A stretch of 64,000 nt of DNA from Bacillota bacterium (GTDB lineage: Bacteria > Bacillota > SHA-98 > UBA4971). Positions 9,287 to 18,203 of this stretch are shown here, piece after piece. The DNA lies in NCBI GenBank assembly GCA_012842395.1, contig DUSX01000018.1:62116-126115 (forward strand), given 5' to 3'. The notes below the pieces were generated by a model. That model saw nothing but the letters and a program-made list of their open reading frames with translations, made no database searches and had not been told where the DNA came from. Position numbers and translations under genes: made by a program. Every line of letters starts with the position of its first letter. Positions within the stretch are counted from its first letter, which is position 1.

Positions 9287-10252
9287 CTATTTGACCACTC
9301 CCAGGTCTTTCAGAAGCTTCTCATAGTGGACGCGCCTGGTCTGAACGAATTTCTCATACTCGCTAGGCCCCATGAACTCGAGGTCGAAGGCCATCTCCTG
9401 CATCTTCTTTTGGAACTCGGGGTCCCGGTTGACCTTGTCAAACGCGTCCGCCAGGATCTTGACGATCTCGTCAGGCGTGTTGGGAGGGACAGACACGCCT
9501 CGGTACGCGCCTTCAACCACGTCGTATCCGAGCTCCATGAAAGTGGGGGCGTCAGGCAGAACCGCCGAACGCTTTTCAGACGCTACCGCGAGGACTCGCA
9601 TTTGGTCTTTGTACTGAACTGCCATGGTGGTGTACGTCATGAGACCGGTGACGTGCCCTCCGAGCAGTGCCGGGACCACTGCGCCTGAGCCTGTGAACGG
9701 TATGTAGGTCATCTTGACATTGGCAGCCTGGTTCAGCTCAAGGACGCCAAGGTGGTTGGCGGACCAGCTACCGCTCCCTCCAAGTGTCACGACCTCCGGA
9801 TGCTCCTTGGCGTAATCGATGAGGTCCTTGAGTGTCTTGAAGGGGCTATCTTTCCTCACCACCAGCGCGTTCGGAGTGCTTTCGAAACAGTACACGCGCT
9901 TGAGCTGCTCGGTCTTATAGCCCGCGTCTGTACGCTGCAGGGGTTGAAGTATGGTGTGGGGCAAATTATCCCCGGCGATCGTGTACCCATCCGGCTTGGA
10001 GCGGACGAGCTCAGACCAGCCGACAGCCCCGCCTCCTCCTGTCTTATACGATATGATCACCTTGACGCCGAGGACTTTCTCGAGGAAAGGCTGCTGCAAG
10101 CGGGCGGTAATGTCAGACTCACCGCCCGGATCGAAACAGATAAGGTAGTTTATGGGTTTCTCAGGAAACTTAGGAGCTGCGGACGCCACGGAACCGAGCA
10201 GGGCCAGCGACACGAGGACACAAACGGCAACGATTCTGGTAAAGGCGCGCAT
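9287..10252 (-). CDS. tctC: Tripartite tricarboxylate transporter substrate-binding protein TctC (Bug family)
   Basis: 321 aa with signal peptide. Bug/TctC-like fold motifs (KFPEKPINYLICFDPGGESD). Confidence 0.8.
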   Translation of the reverse strand: MRAFTRIVAVCVLVSLALLGSVASAAPKFPEKPINYLICFDPGGESDITARLQQPFLEKVLGVKVIISYKTGGGGAVGWSELVRSKPDGYTIAGDNLPHTILQPLQRTDAGYKTEQLKRVYCFESTPNALVVRKDSPFKTLKDLIDYAKEHPEVVTLGGSGSWSANHLGVLELNQAANVKMTYIPFTGSGAVVPALLGGHVTGLMTYTTMAVQYKDQMRVLAVASEKRSAVLPDAPTFMELGYDVVEGAYRGVSVPPNTPDEIVKILADAFDKVNRDPEFQKKMQEMAFDLEFMGPSEYEKFVQTRRVHYEKLLKDLGVVK

Positions 10253-10312
10253 TTCTTCTACCTCCCTGTAGTCCTTGTGTTCGTCGCAGTTCGAGTCTGT
10301 TCCGACACTACT

Positions 10313-11611
10313 TCAAAGCTGCTGCAGCGTGACCTTGCCTGCCATACCACCTCCCGGTACAGGGACTACGATTCCGGCGCAAGGCATGACGATCGAGTCA
10401 TAGTCCTTACCATGCTTGGACTCAACTAGGTGGAGGGCCTCTTCAAGGCTCTTCGCAGGGGTGAAGAAAAGCTTTCTTGCAAGAACGTCGTCAAGGGACG
10501 ATACGAGGACAACCTCTTTATCTCGCAAGACCCGGGCTAGGCTGTAGGCCTTATGCCCGCCCAACACGAACCCGGCAGCGAAGCGACGGAAGATATCATC
10601 GAGGCTGCGTGCCTCTGTCATCCAACTCTCGAACGTCGGCTCGCCGCATCCCTCGGGGCACTCGGCCAAGAGCACGATAGTGCCGCCCTTTCTCACGACT
10701 CGGTCGGCGTTGTCGATGGCTTTCTGTGCCTGGTACACGTTGATGTCTTTGGGGAATCCTCCCGCGCTCGCGATGGCCACGTCGACTTCGCGGGCGACCG
10801 GCGCTACGACGTAATCCGAACATATCTTCACGCCTTCGAGCCACGCTTTCTCAACGTCCCCTGCCACCACGGCCGCCACCTTGCCCACCCCGTCGGTGAC
10901 CGTGTTCACGATGAAATGGACGCCGGCTTTACGCGCGGCTTCGACCATCTCGATGTGGACTGGGTTTCCATCGAGGTTGCATACAGCCGCAGCCTCGGAA
11001 GTCATGAGCGAGTGATTGTGAGAGATGGTGGCCCGGCCCGACACGCCTGGCAAGATCGCCTTGCGTCCTCCGGAGAACCCGGCGAAGTAGTGAGGGGAGA
11101 TGACGCCGGTCGCTATGACGAAGTCCGCCTCAAGGACGATGCGGTTGACGCGCAGTTCCGTCCCGAAGGGGAGAGTGCCCAAGGGGACCAGGTTCTCCTC
11201 GTCGTCGCAGTCATGATTCACGACGCGATACGTCTCGCAGATCTCGCGTCCCAACGTCAGCCGCATTTCTTCAGGGGTCATTCCTCTATGGATCCCGGTG
11301 GCGACGACGAGCGTCACGTCCTCGTCGGCTATTCCCGCTTCCCGGAGCTCGCTGAGGAGAGGGGGCAGGATGTCGGTATAAGGTGTGGGTCTTGTGATGT
11401 CGTTCACGATGATCACGACAGTCCTTGCGCGCCTGCGCTTTACCTCGTGGAGCAGGCTGTCGGTCCCTGTCGGATGTCTGAGTCTCGAAAGGACTTCGCT
11501 GCGCAGGTCGGCGAGGGGCTTCGCCTCTCGACCGGTCAACACCTGCGGATTCACGAGCACGCCTATGTCCAGCGGAACACAGGACCTCCCGTACTTCAAC
11601 TGAACGACCAC
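10313..11611 (-). CDS. LarA-family nickel-pincer-cofactor-dependent 2-hydroxyacid racemase/epimerase homolog
   Basis: 432 aa. HYFAGFSGGRKAILPG (catalytic Lys in GGRK), ATGIHRGMTPEE and the conserved His-containing N-domain (DUF2088-like). Confidence 0.7.
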   Translation of the reverse strand: MVVQLKYGRSCVPLDIGVLVNPQVLTGREAKPLADLRSEVLSRLRHPTGTDSLLHEVKRRRARTVVIIVNDITRPTPYTDILPPLLSELREAGIADEDVTLVVATGIHRGMTPEEMRLTLGREICETYRVVNHDCDDEENLVPLGTLPFGTELRVNRIVLEADFVIATGVISPHYFAGFSGGRKAILPGVSGRATISHNHSLMTSEAAAVCNLDGNPVHIEMVEAARKAGVHFIVNTVTDGVGKVAAVVAGDVEKAWLEGVKICSDYVVAPVAREVDVAIASAGGFPKDINVYQAQKAIDNADRVVRKGGTIVLLAECPEGCGEPTFESWMTEARSLDDIFRRFAAGFVLGGHKAYSLARVLRDKEVVLVSSLDDVLARKLFFTPAKSLEEALHLVESKHGKDYDSIVMPCAGIVVPVPGGGMAGKVTLQQL

Positions 11612-11817
11612 GAAGGCACCCCCTAACCTTCAGCAGGCCCGGGACTGGAAGCGCGGCGCCGCGCCTGAGCCGAGCTGTACCACAGCGTCACACTGCCTGC
11701 GACGCACAGCGCGGAGCCCCCGACGCACGACGCCCGGCACGGCGAGCGTCCTGACCCAAATCGCCCGAACCAGTGACCTCGGGCCGTGTTCTGCGCGAGT
11801 TCCGTACTAGGACAAAA

Positions 11818-11832
11818 GCAAACTGCGTGCCA
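11818..11832 (-). promoter_or_regulatory. Sigma-54 (RpoN) -24/-12 promoter driving the LarA-homolog/tctCAB/dmlA-like operon
   Basis: Minus-strand sequence TGGCAC-GCAGT-TTGC is an exact match to TGGCAC-N5-TTGC. It lies about 205 bp upstream of the LarA-homolog start, and a sigma-54 activator is encoded immediately upstream. Confidence 0.65.
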
Positions 11833-12021
11833 ACGCCGTCCAAACCGTCTTGCGCTTGGACGGGAGGAAGGGAAGCCACCCGTGGCATGGGCTTGCCAGG
11901 CACGATGATGTAGCACATCAGCAACGGAGCTGTTACATTGGCGCAACACATGGAGCGGCTCAAGCCCAGGCAGCTCTTCTGCCACCTGCCTATGGGGCGA
12001 GACGCAACGCTGGTTTTCGAT

Positions 12022-14070
12022 TCATGGTTCGCGGCCGCCTTCACGCTGCGCGTCCCGCCTTGCCGCTGTGTGTTCGCTCCTGAGCTTGCGCCAAAGCGTG
12101 GTCCGGTTGATTCCGAGGCGACGGGCGGCTTCGCTCTTGTTGCCGCCGCATGCACTGACCGCACGGGCTATGCTCTCGCGTTCCACAGCTTTGATGAGGC
12201 TTTCGAGGTCGCGCCCGGTGCCGCTGTCGCGGGGACTGGCCAGAGTGCCAGCGGCTGAGGATGTGTCACCGTCGATCTCGGTAATGCGGGGCCATCCTTC
12301 CGACCCGGGCGTGTCACCTATGGCATCGAGCACGTCGTTGTTTGTGACACACCCGCTCTCCGACAAGACCAGGCACTTCTCGACGGTGTTTTTGAGCTCC
12401 CTCACGTTGCCATGCCAGGGATGAGCAAGAAGGACCGCCAACGCATCACTCGTGAAGCCCTGGAAGGGCGTACCGAGCTTTGCAGATAGTGTCCTCGCAA
12501 ACGTCTCAGCCAGAAGCGGTATGTCCTCAGGCCGCTCCCGCAGCGGGGGCAGCGCGAGCTTGAGGACGTCAAGCCGGTAGTACAGGTCTGCCTGAAACAG
12601 GCCCTCTGCAACGAGTTTACGGAGGTCTTTGTTAGACGCGGCGATGACACGGACGTCAATGGGGATTGTGCGGTCATCCCCCAGCCGCATCACCTCCTTT
12701 TCTTGGAGGACCCTGAGAAGGCGGGCCTGGAGACGCAGGGGCATGCCCGCGATCTCATCCAGGAAGATCGTTCCGTGGTGGGCCAGCTCAAAGAGGCCTT
12801 GTTTGCCTTCCCGCTTAGCCCCGGTGAAGGCACCTTCAACGTAACCGAACAGCTCGCTCTCGAGCAAGCTTTCCGGTAATGCGGCGCAGTTGACCGCGAC
12901 GAACGGCCCATCGCGCCTAGCACTCGCATTGTGAATGCTTTGGGCGAAAAGCTCTTTCCCGGTTCCTGTCTCTCCGAGGATGAGGATCGTGGAGTCCACG
13001 GCAGCAAAGCGTCTAGCCTTGGTGATGGCAGCCTGGATCGCGCGGCTGGTGCCTACGATGTCGCCGAACGTGAACCTCGCCACGTGGCCGCGGGCATAGA
13101 GCCTCTTGCGCAGGTCTTTTTCCAGCGCTTGCAACCTGCTGACATCCTGGAAGGTCGCGATGGCGCCCGCACATGAGCCGCTCACCACGATAGGCACACG
13201 GGTCACATTAACGAGAGTGCCGTTTATCCGACACACCTCGGGCGATGCGGGCTGGGAGGAAGGATTCGACGAGGACTCGCGGCGCCAATCCCGGCCCGAC
13301 GAGGCGGCTGCGAGGATCGCGGCGAAACCGGCTTCAGGCAACACCTCGTCTACGTGACGCCCTACGACGTCGGCTGCGGCGCGGCCTGTGAGCCGTTGGG
13401 CGGCTTCGTTGAAAACAGTGATGTGCCCTGCATCGTCTACAGCGATGATGCCGTCGGACACGTTGTCTATGATGAGTTTGAACTGCTCCGCCCGTGCCGT
13501 CTCGTGTTTCTTGACCCATAGCACGCGCGAAGCCTCGTCGATGGCTTGCCTGACAGCTTCCGGCCCAGATTCTATCAGCACGGCTCTGGCGCCGTGCTTC
13601 TCGGCGGTTCGAACAGTTATCACTCCGCCTATCAGGACATCAACTCCATCTCGCAGGGCTTCACGGACTGTCGTGTCGGCGTCGCGGGCGCGCTCGAGGA
13701 CGATCTCCTTTATCTCCACATCCATCGACTCGCTCAGCGTGCTCGCCCCGAGCACCATGTTCTCAAAGCCCACTATGGCAATGCGGCGCCCGAAGAGCCT
13801 TGCCTTCGCAACGGCGCGCACCACGTCGTAAGCTGTCACGCGGATCTCCACCACCGGCAGGCCGACGTCTTTGGCGTCCTGGAGCACGAGGGCCGTCCCC
13901 CCGCGACTGATGAGGACCTGAACCCCCTCCCTCTTCAGGCGCCGCGCGAGCGCCGGTGCCTCGCCCAGAAGGGCGCGCTCCACTCTGACTGGCTTTCGGA
14001 CGGTTCTCGAGACTTCGCAGGCCACCGCAGCGAGGTTGTCGTACGGTGCTATGAGCGCGATATCAGGCAT
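12022..14070 (-). CDS. Sigma-54-dependent transcriptional activator with PrpR-like N-terminal sensory domain, PAS domain, AAA+ sigma-54 interaction domain and Fis-type HTH
   Basis: [15 protein letters not shown] Walker A and ESELFGY (GAFTGA-region equivalent). C-terminal [21 protein letters not shown]-terminus resembles the propionate-regulator PrpR_N domain. Confidence 0.85.
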   Translation of the reverse strand: MPDIALIAPYDNLAAVACEVSRTVRKPVRVERALLGEAPALARRLKREGVQVLISRGGTALVLQDAKDVGLPVVEIRVTAYDVVRAVAKARLFGRRIAIVGFENMVLGASTLSESMDVEIKEIVLERARDADTTVREALRDGVDVLIGGVITVRTAEKHGARAVLIESGPEAVRQAIDEASRVLWVKKHETARAEQFKLIIDNVSDGIIAVDDAGHITVFNEAAQRLTGRAAADVVGRHVDEVLPEAGFAAILAAASSGRDWRRESSSNPSSQPASPEVCRINGTLVNVTRVPIVVSGSCAGAIATFQDVSRLQALEKDLRKRLYARGHVARFTFGDIVGTSRAIQAAITKARRFAAVDSTILILGETGTGKELFAQSIHNASARRDGPFVAVNCAALPESLLESELFGYVEGAFTGAKREGKQGLFELAHHGTIFLDEIAGMPLRLQARLLRVLQEKEVMRLGDDRTIPIDVRVIAASNKDLRKLVAEGLFQADLYYRLDVLKLALPPLRERPEDIPLLAETFARTLSAKLGTPFQGFTSDALAVLLAHPWHGNVRELKNTVEKCLVLSESGCVTNNDVLDAIGDTPGSEGWPRITEIDGDTSSAAGTLASPRDSGTGRDLESLIKAVERESIARAVSACGGNKSEAARRLGINRTTLWRKLRSEHTAARRDAQREGGREP

Positions 14071-14496
14071 GCCTTGTCACCCCTCTGTTCGTCCTGGGAG
14101 GGGTTTCGCTTTGGGCAGGTGGCTTTCCTTCCGAAGTACGGTGCCACAGGTCTTCGCCTCCTACCTCGAGGGCGACAGGAGCGCCGGGGCTGCCCGTGAT
14201 TGCGCGGGACGCGGCGAGCTCGGCCGTCTCGCACGCCAAATCCTCGCCGAATCCGGACGAGGCGCGCCGCACAAACCGCAGGAAGTGCGCCGCCCCGGCC
14301 CCGGAGGGCAAGGCTGATGGCCTTAGGCGACACGTGCGTGCTGAAGGGCAGCGCGACGTTGTGACGATCACTTCGGTGCCGATCCCTGCCTCAACGGCGG
14401 CAGCATCATCGGGACGAAGCTGCGGCAGAGCCGTCGTCGCACGCGGACACCACCCCGGTCCTTGACGCTGCCAAAATATGGTGATATGATTGAGGC

Positions 14497-15165
14497 ATGG
14501 CAGTGGGGCCCAGAGATGGCGATATATGGTTACTGCATGGCTCCACAGGCGACTATCGCAGAGGAACACGGCTAAATGAACAAAAGAGGAAGCTAAACGT
14601 TCGCGAAGGCCGCGGCGGGTTTCCGCTTGGGTCCTCTGGCATGACTCCGTTGGGGGGGACGGGAATGGGCAGGTTGAAGGTGCTTGTGCTTGACGACGGA
14701 ACGGTGGATCGCTTGGTCGATCTGGACTCGGCCGTGTCCGTTGGTGACGTCGAGGTCGTCGGCACCTTGAGGATCACGCCTTGTTCAGCCTTGGCAGCCA
14801 CAACTGCTCCAGCAGGCGCGGGCGTCTCAGGCGACGCCGTCGGTTTTGGCGCGGTGCTGCGTGAATCACCGGCTGTCTTGTCGAAGGACTCGTGCGCGTC
14901 AAGCGGGGGGGCCGGAGGTGATGCGTGGGCTGCTCAAGGCGCGCGGATGGAGCCTGTTGAACGAGAGGCGCCAGTGTACCTTACCAGGACCGAGCTGGAT
15001 GTCCTGAGGCTCCTCGCCAAGGGCTTGAGGAACAAAGACATCGCGCAGGAACTGTACATCAGCGTCAACACCGTGAAAACGCACGTGGCCAGCATATTCA
15101 GGAAACTCCGGGTGAAAAACCGGTCCGAGGCCGTGAGATACGTGTGGAGCCGTGGCGTGCGTTGA
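14497..15165 (+). CDS. LuxR-family HTH transcriptional regulator, with no recognisable receiver or autoinducer domain
   Basis: C-terminal LTRTELDVLRLLAKGLRNKDIAQELYISVNTVKTHVASIFRKL. The N-terminal 120 aa are low-complexity. A more likely start is ATG 14665 (MGRLKVLVLDD), which follows a G-rich RBS. Confidence 0.6.
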   Translation: MAVGPRDGDIWLLHGSTGDYRRGTRLNEQKRKLNVREGRGGFPLGSSGMTPLGGTGMGRLKVLVLDDGTVDRLVDLDSAVSVGDVEVVGTLRITPCSALAATTAPAGAGVSGDAVGFGAVLRESPAVLSKDSCASSGGAGGDAWAAQGARMEPVEREAPVYLTRTELDVLRLLAKGLRNKDIAQELYISVNTVKTHVASIFRKLRVKNRSEAVRYVWSRGVR

Positions 15166-15635
15166 GCCGAGGTTCACCCGTTGGAGCCACCACAAGTCCC
15201 CCGTTCGGGCAATAGCGCGCCCGGCCCGCGATTGATAGACTGGGGTTGCCAGAGGCGACCTGGGCCGGCTCAGGCCAGCGCATCCAGTCTCCCGCAGCGC
15301 TAGGTGGGGAAAGGGGGTGGACTCGGTGTACGGAAGGCTTGCTGGCAGAAAGATCAGGATGGACCTTGCGATCGACGGGTATTGCTTCACTTTCAGACTC
15401 TGGGGTCATCGGGTCACGATAGGCTAAGCCCGGCCGCGGGGAGCATGGGCGGGCGGCGAGACAACGGGTTGCTGCCTCGCCGCCTGCCCCCGCTGTTTGT
15501 GTCGACGATGGCAGGTCCTTCCCGGCCTGAACCCAGGAACAGGGCAAAGCACGTCGCCCAGGGCGTCGTCGCCCTGCTCAGGACCGGCAAGGCCCGGCTG
15601 CCGATGGACGTCGCCAGTCGCTGACACACCCTCGC

Positions 15636-17000
15636 ATGGGCCGACGGTTGAAGGAGGGGGCCTCGACGCGGATGGATGAGAAGGTCTACACGATCTCCCC
15701 TGAAGTGCGAGTGTCCGAGGTTGAGGGCCAGTATGTGCTGGTGAATCCCAAAAACATCGAGTGGGTCAAGTTGACTCGTGAGGCGTATGAGCTCGCGGAA
15801 AACCCTGGGAACCTGGTAGCGAGTGACCTTGTCAAGCGCGAATGCGTCCTGCGGGGAGCTGACCCCGGAGAGGTGGAGGGGCTTCTCCGTTACCTCCTGG
15901 AGGCGGGCTTCATCGTGGAGGCTGGAGAAGCGGTGGGTCTCGGTCGAGTGTACTTCAACGTCACTGACCGATGCAACCTCTCTTGTCCAGCATGTTACTT
16001 CGCGGCCGACGACATGCCTCGTGCCGGCGACCTCTCGACCGAAGATGCGCTATCCCTGCTGGATGTGCTTGCGGCCGAGAAACCGAGGTGTCTTGTGATA
16101 AGCGGGGGAGAGCCGTTTCTCCGTGACGACATAGGCGACATATTGGCGTCTGCCGCGGGCAGATTTGACGACGTCGTGCTCCTCACCAACGGGTGTCTGG
16201 TCGGCGAGGCCGAGGCTAAGCTCGTGAAGGACTGCGGAGCCAGGGTGCAAGTGAGCGTCGAGTCAGACGACCCCATTCTCCACGAACTGGCACGAGGTTG
16301 CGGCAGTTTCGACGCGGTGATGCGGGGCATCCGTGCATTGCAGTCCGCGGGCGTGAGCGGGATCGAGATCGTGCCCACCCTCACCAGGAGGAACCTCGGA
16401 CGGCTGCAAGGCATCGTAAAGCTTGCCAGGGATCTCGGGGTCGGCTACCACTTCAGCCTTTTCATGCCAGTAGGTCGAGGCGCATGTCACGCAGCCGATC
16501 TTTCGATAGCGCCTCGCGATCTCCTTGCGTGCTTCGCCTCGTTCGTGGAGTCGACCCTTCAGGACCGGGAGGGCTTGTCAGAGGCTCTCGACGCTGATCT
16601 TGCGATAGACCTGCGCGTGAAAGCCGGGTGTGGTGCCGGATACAAGATCCTCAGCGTCGGCCCGGACGGCGCCGTGTATCCGTGCCCGTTGATGCACCGT
16701 CCCGAAATGCTCCTTGGAAGGCTGCCGGGTGGCTCGCTTTCGCGGATGCGCCGCGTGGGCAGGGGCATTGTGCCCCAGGTAAATGAGATCCCCAGTTGCT
16801 TCCGGTGTAAGGTGGCGTACTTCTGCGGGGGCGGCTGCCGAGCGCACGCGCTCGCTCAGGGAGGCAACCTCTTCGCCGTCGACCCGTATTGCGAGTTCTA
16901 TCGAAGGGCCTACATGGCCTTGCTGACGGGTTGGCGCGACGGCCGGACCATTGTTGAGAATGCCAAGTCGGTTGCGATGGCTCTTGCAGATGGGTTGTGA
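15636..17000 (+). CDS. Radical SAM/SPASM-domain peptide-modifying enzyme with N-terminal PqqD-like RiPP recognition element
   Basis: CNLSCPACY (CxxxCxxC). C-terminal Cys-rich SPASM region (CPLMH...CFRCKVAYFCGGGCRAHA). N-terminal approximately 85 aa is PqqD-like (VSEVEGQYVLVNPKNIEWVKL...LLEAGFIV). Alternative start ATG 15672. Confidence 0.85.
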   Translation: MGRRLKEGASTRMDEKVYTISPEVRVSEVEGQYVLVNPKNIEWVKLTREAYELAENPGNLVASDLVKRECVLRGADPGEVEGLLRYLLEAGFIVEAGEAVGLGRVYFNVTDRCNLSCPACYFAADDMPRAGDLSTEDALSLLDVLAAEKPRCLVISGGEPFLRDDIGDILASAAGRFDDVVLLTNGCLVGEAEAKLVKDCGARVQVSVESDDPILHELARGCGSFDAVMRGIRALQSAGVSGIEIVPTLTRRNLGRLQGIVKLARDLGVGYHFSLFMPVGRGACHAADLSIAPRDLLACFASFVESTLQDREGLSEALDADLAIDLRVKAGCGAGYKILSVGPDGAVYPCPLMHRPEMLLGRLPGGSLSRMRRVGRGIVPQVNEIPSCFRCKVAYFCGGGCRAHALAQGGNLFAVDPYCEFYRRAYMALLTGWRDGRTIVENAKSVAMALADGL

Positions 17001-17788
17001 AAGGCATGACGGGCATCGTGTATTCGTCGCTGGCTTTCAGTTTCGTCATCAGGGTCCTTGCGGACATCAAGAGGTCGTCGAAGGAAAGCGTGAGTCTCAA
17101 GAGTGACCGGACTATCGACGGCATGCCGCTTTTGGGAACCGCCCTGCTTACCGTCGGTTGGGTGGCGTACGGCAGAGACCCGCTGCTGGCGACCGGCCTT
17201 TGCGTCAGGAGGCTCGCGGCATGCCCTTGGTGGCATATGTGTGCTCTATGTGTGACGGGCTTTGCGATGAGTCGGCTGGTTCAGGCCTACCTCTTCCGGT
17301 CGACCGTGAGGGCCCTCGTAGAAAGTGGTGCCATCAACCCCGGCGGCGCGTACCTGGCTCTCGCCAATAGCAGCCCCGCGAGCGTCGCGCTTGTGGGGGC
17401 GGCCATGACGTTCTCGCAGACCTTTGTGGAGGAGTTTGCGTTCCGCGGCCTTGCGCTGCCCGGTGCCGCGGCGATGGTCGAGAACCTTGGTGCTCCCCCC
17501 GAGTGCGCGCTAGTGGCCGGGGTTGCATTGTCGTCCCTAGCCTTCGGCCTCTTGCACTTCGTCCCGATGAAGGTGGCGACCCGCGGCAAGAGCGCGCTCC
17601 TCTCGTGGTACGCCCTGGTAGTTCCGTCGAGTCTGGCCGTCGGTTTCTGCGTTCTAAACCAAATGGCGGGTTCGCTGTGGCCCGGGTGGCTCGTCCACTG
17701 GTGGATGAATTACGCGGGCCTTGTGTGGAGCAAAGCCGAGCGACGCTGGGAACGGGCGATCGCGGCGCCAGGGCGCAGCGAGGCGTGA
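16997..17788 (+). CDS. CPBP-family (CAAX protease / bacteriocin-processing) intramembrane metalloprotease
   Basis: Motifs EEFAFRG (EExxxR), FGLLHF (FxxxH) and HWWMNY (HxxxN) in a polytopic protein. The start overlaps the radical-SAM stop (GTGA). Confidence 0.75.
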   Translation: MKGMTGIVYSSLAFSFVIRVLADIKRSSKESVSLKSDRTIDGMPLLGTALLTVGWVAYGRDPLLATGLCVRRLAACPWWHMCALCVTGFAMSRLVQAYLFRSTVRALVESGAINPGGAYLALANSSPASVALVGAAMTFSQTFVEEFAFRGLALPGAAAMVENLGAPPECALVAGVALSSLAFGLLHFVPMKVATRGKSALLSWYALVVPSSLAVGFCVLNQMAGSLWPGWLVHWWMNYAGLVWSKAERRWERAIAAPGRSEA

Positions 17789-17839
17789 GGAGGCGTTGAT
17801 GCAGGCATGCCGCCACGGCCAAGTCACGGGGGGATGTTT

Positions 17840-18109
17840 ATGGAGCATTGGTCCATGGAGACGAGACTCGCTGACGCATGCCTCGCGCTGGGGCACATAT
17901 GCACTGTGGAAGCCAAATGGGCCGAAGATCCCGAGTTGAGGGCGGTCATGTTGGGCCATGCGCTTGGGTTCCTGAATGCGGCCTGGCTCTTTCTCCCATC
18001 TTGCGCGTCCAGAAGGTCGGTTGGGATGGAAACCACAGCCGAGCCTGTGGCAGGAATCGTGTGCCGGCTGACGAAGGATAAAAAGGCTGATACGTACGAC
18101 GGCTCATGA
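17840..18109 (+). CDS. Small Cys-containing protein (88-90 aa) downstream of the CPBP protease, a candidate RiPP precursor or accessory protein
   Basis: Strong GC3 codon bias, consistent with real coding in this genome. G-run RBS at 17828-17833. Four Cys. No homology recognised. Confidence 0.4.
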   Translation: MEHWSMETRLADACLALGHICTVEAKWAEDPELRAVMLGHALGFLNAAWLFLPSCASRRSVGMETTAEPVAGIVCRLTKDKKADTYDGS

Positions 18110-18203
18110 CGCATGGCGCAGACCTGTCCGCTCGGGGGCGCGGCAGCCGCTCTGAGGGTCGGATCCACGCGCGAGACGGGCGCGACTTGGTCGCGCCGGG
18201 TGC

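Noticed and set aside
11870-11900. Plus-strand sigma-54-like site TGGCATGGGCTTGCC
   Set aside because: The GG-to-GC spacing is 9 nt rather than 10. It would point antisense into the activator gene. The minus-strand site at 11818-11832 is an exact consensus in the right place.
17799-17939. 46-aa Trp/Lys-rich ORF with a perfect RBS as the RiPP precursor
   Set aside because: Not rejected outright, but its A/T-rich third codon positions fit the genome's coding bias poorly. The overlapping 88-aa frame fits far better, so it is reported as uncertain rather than as a feature.
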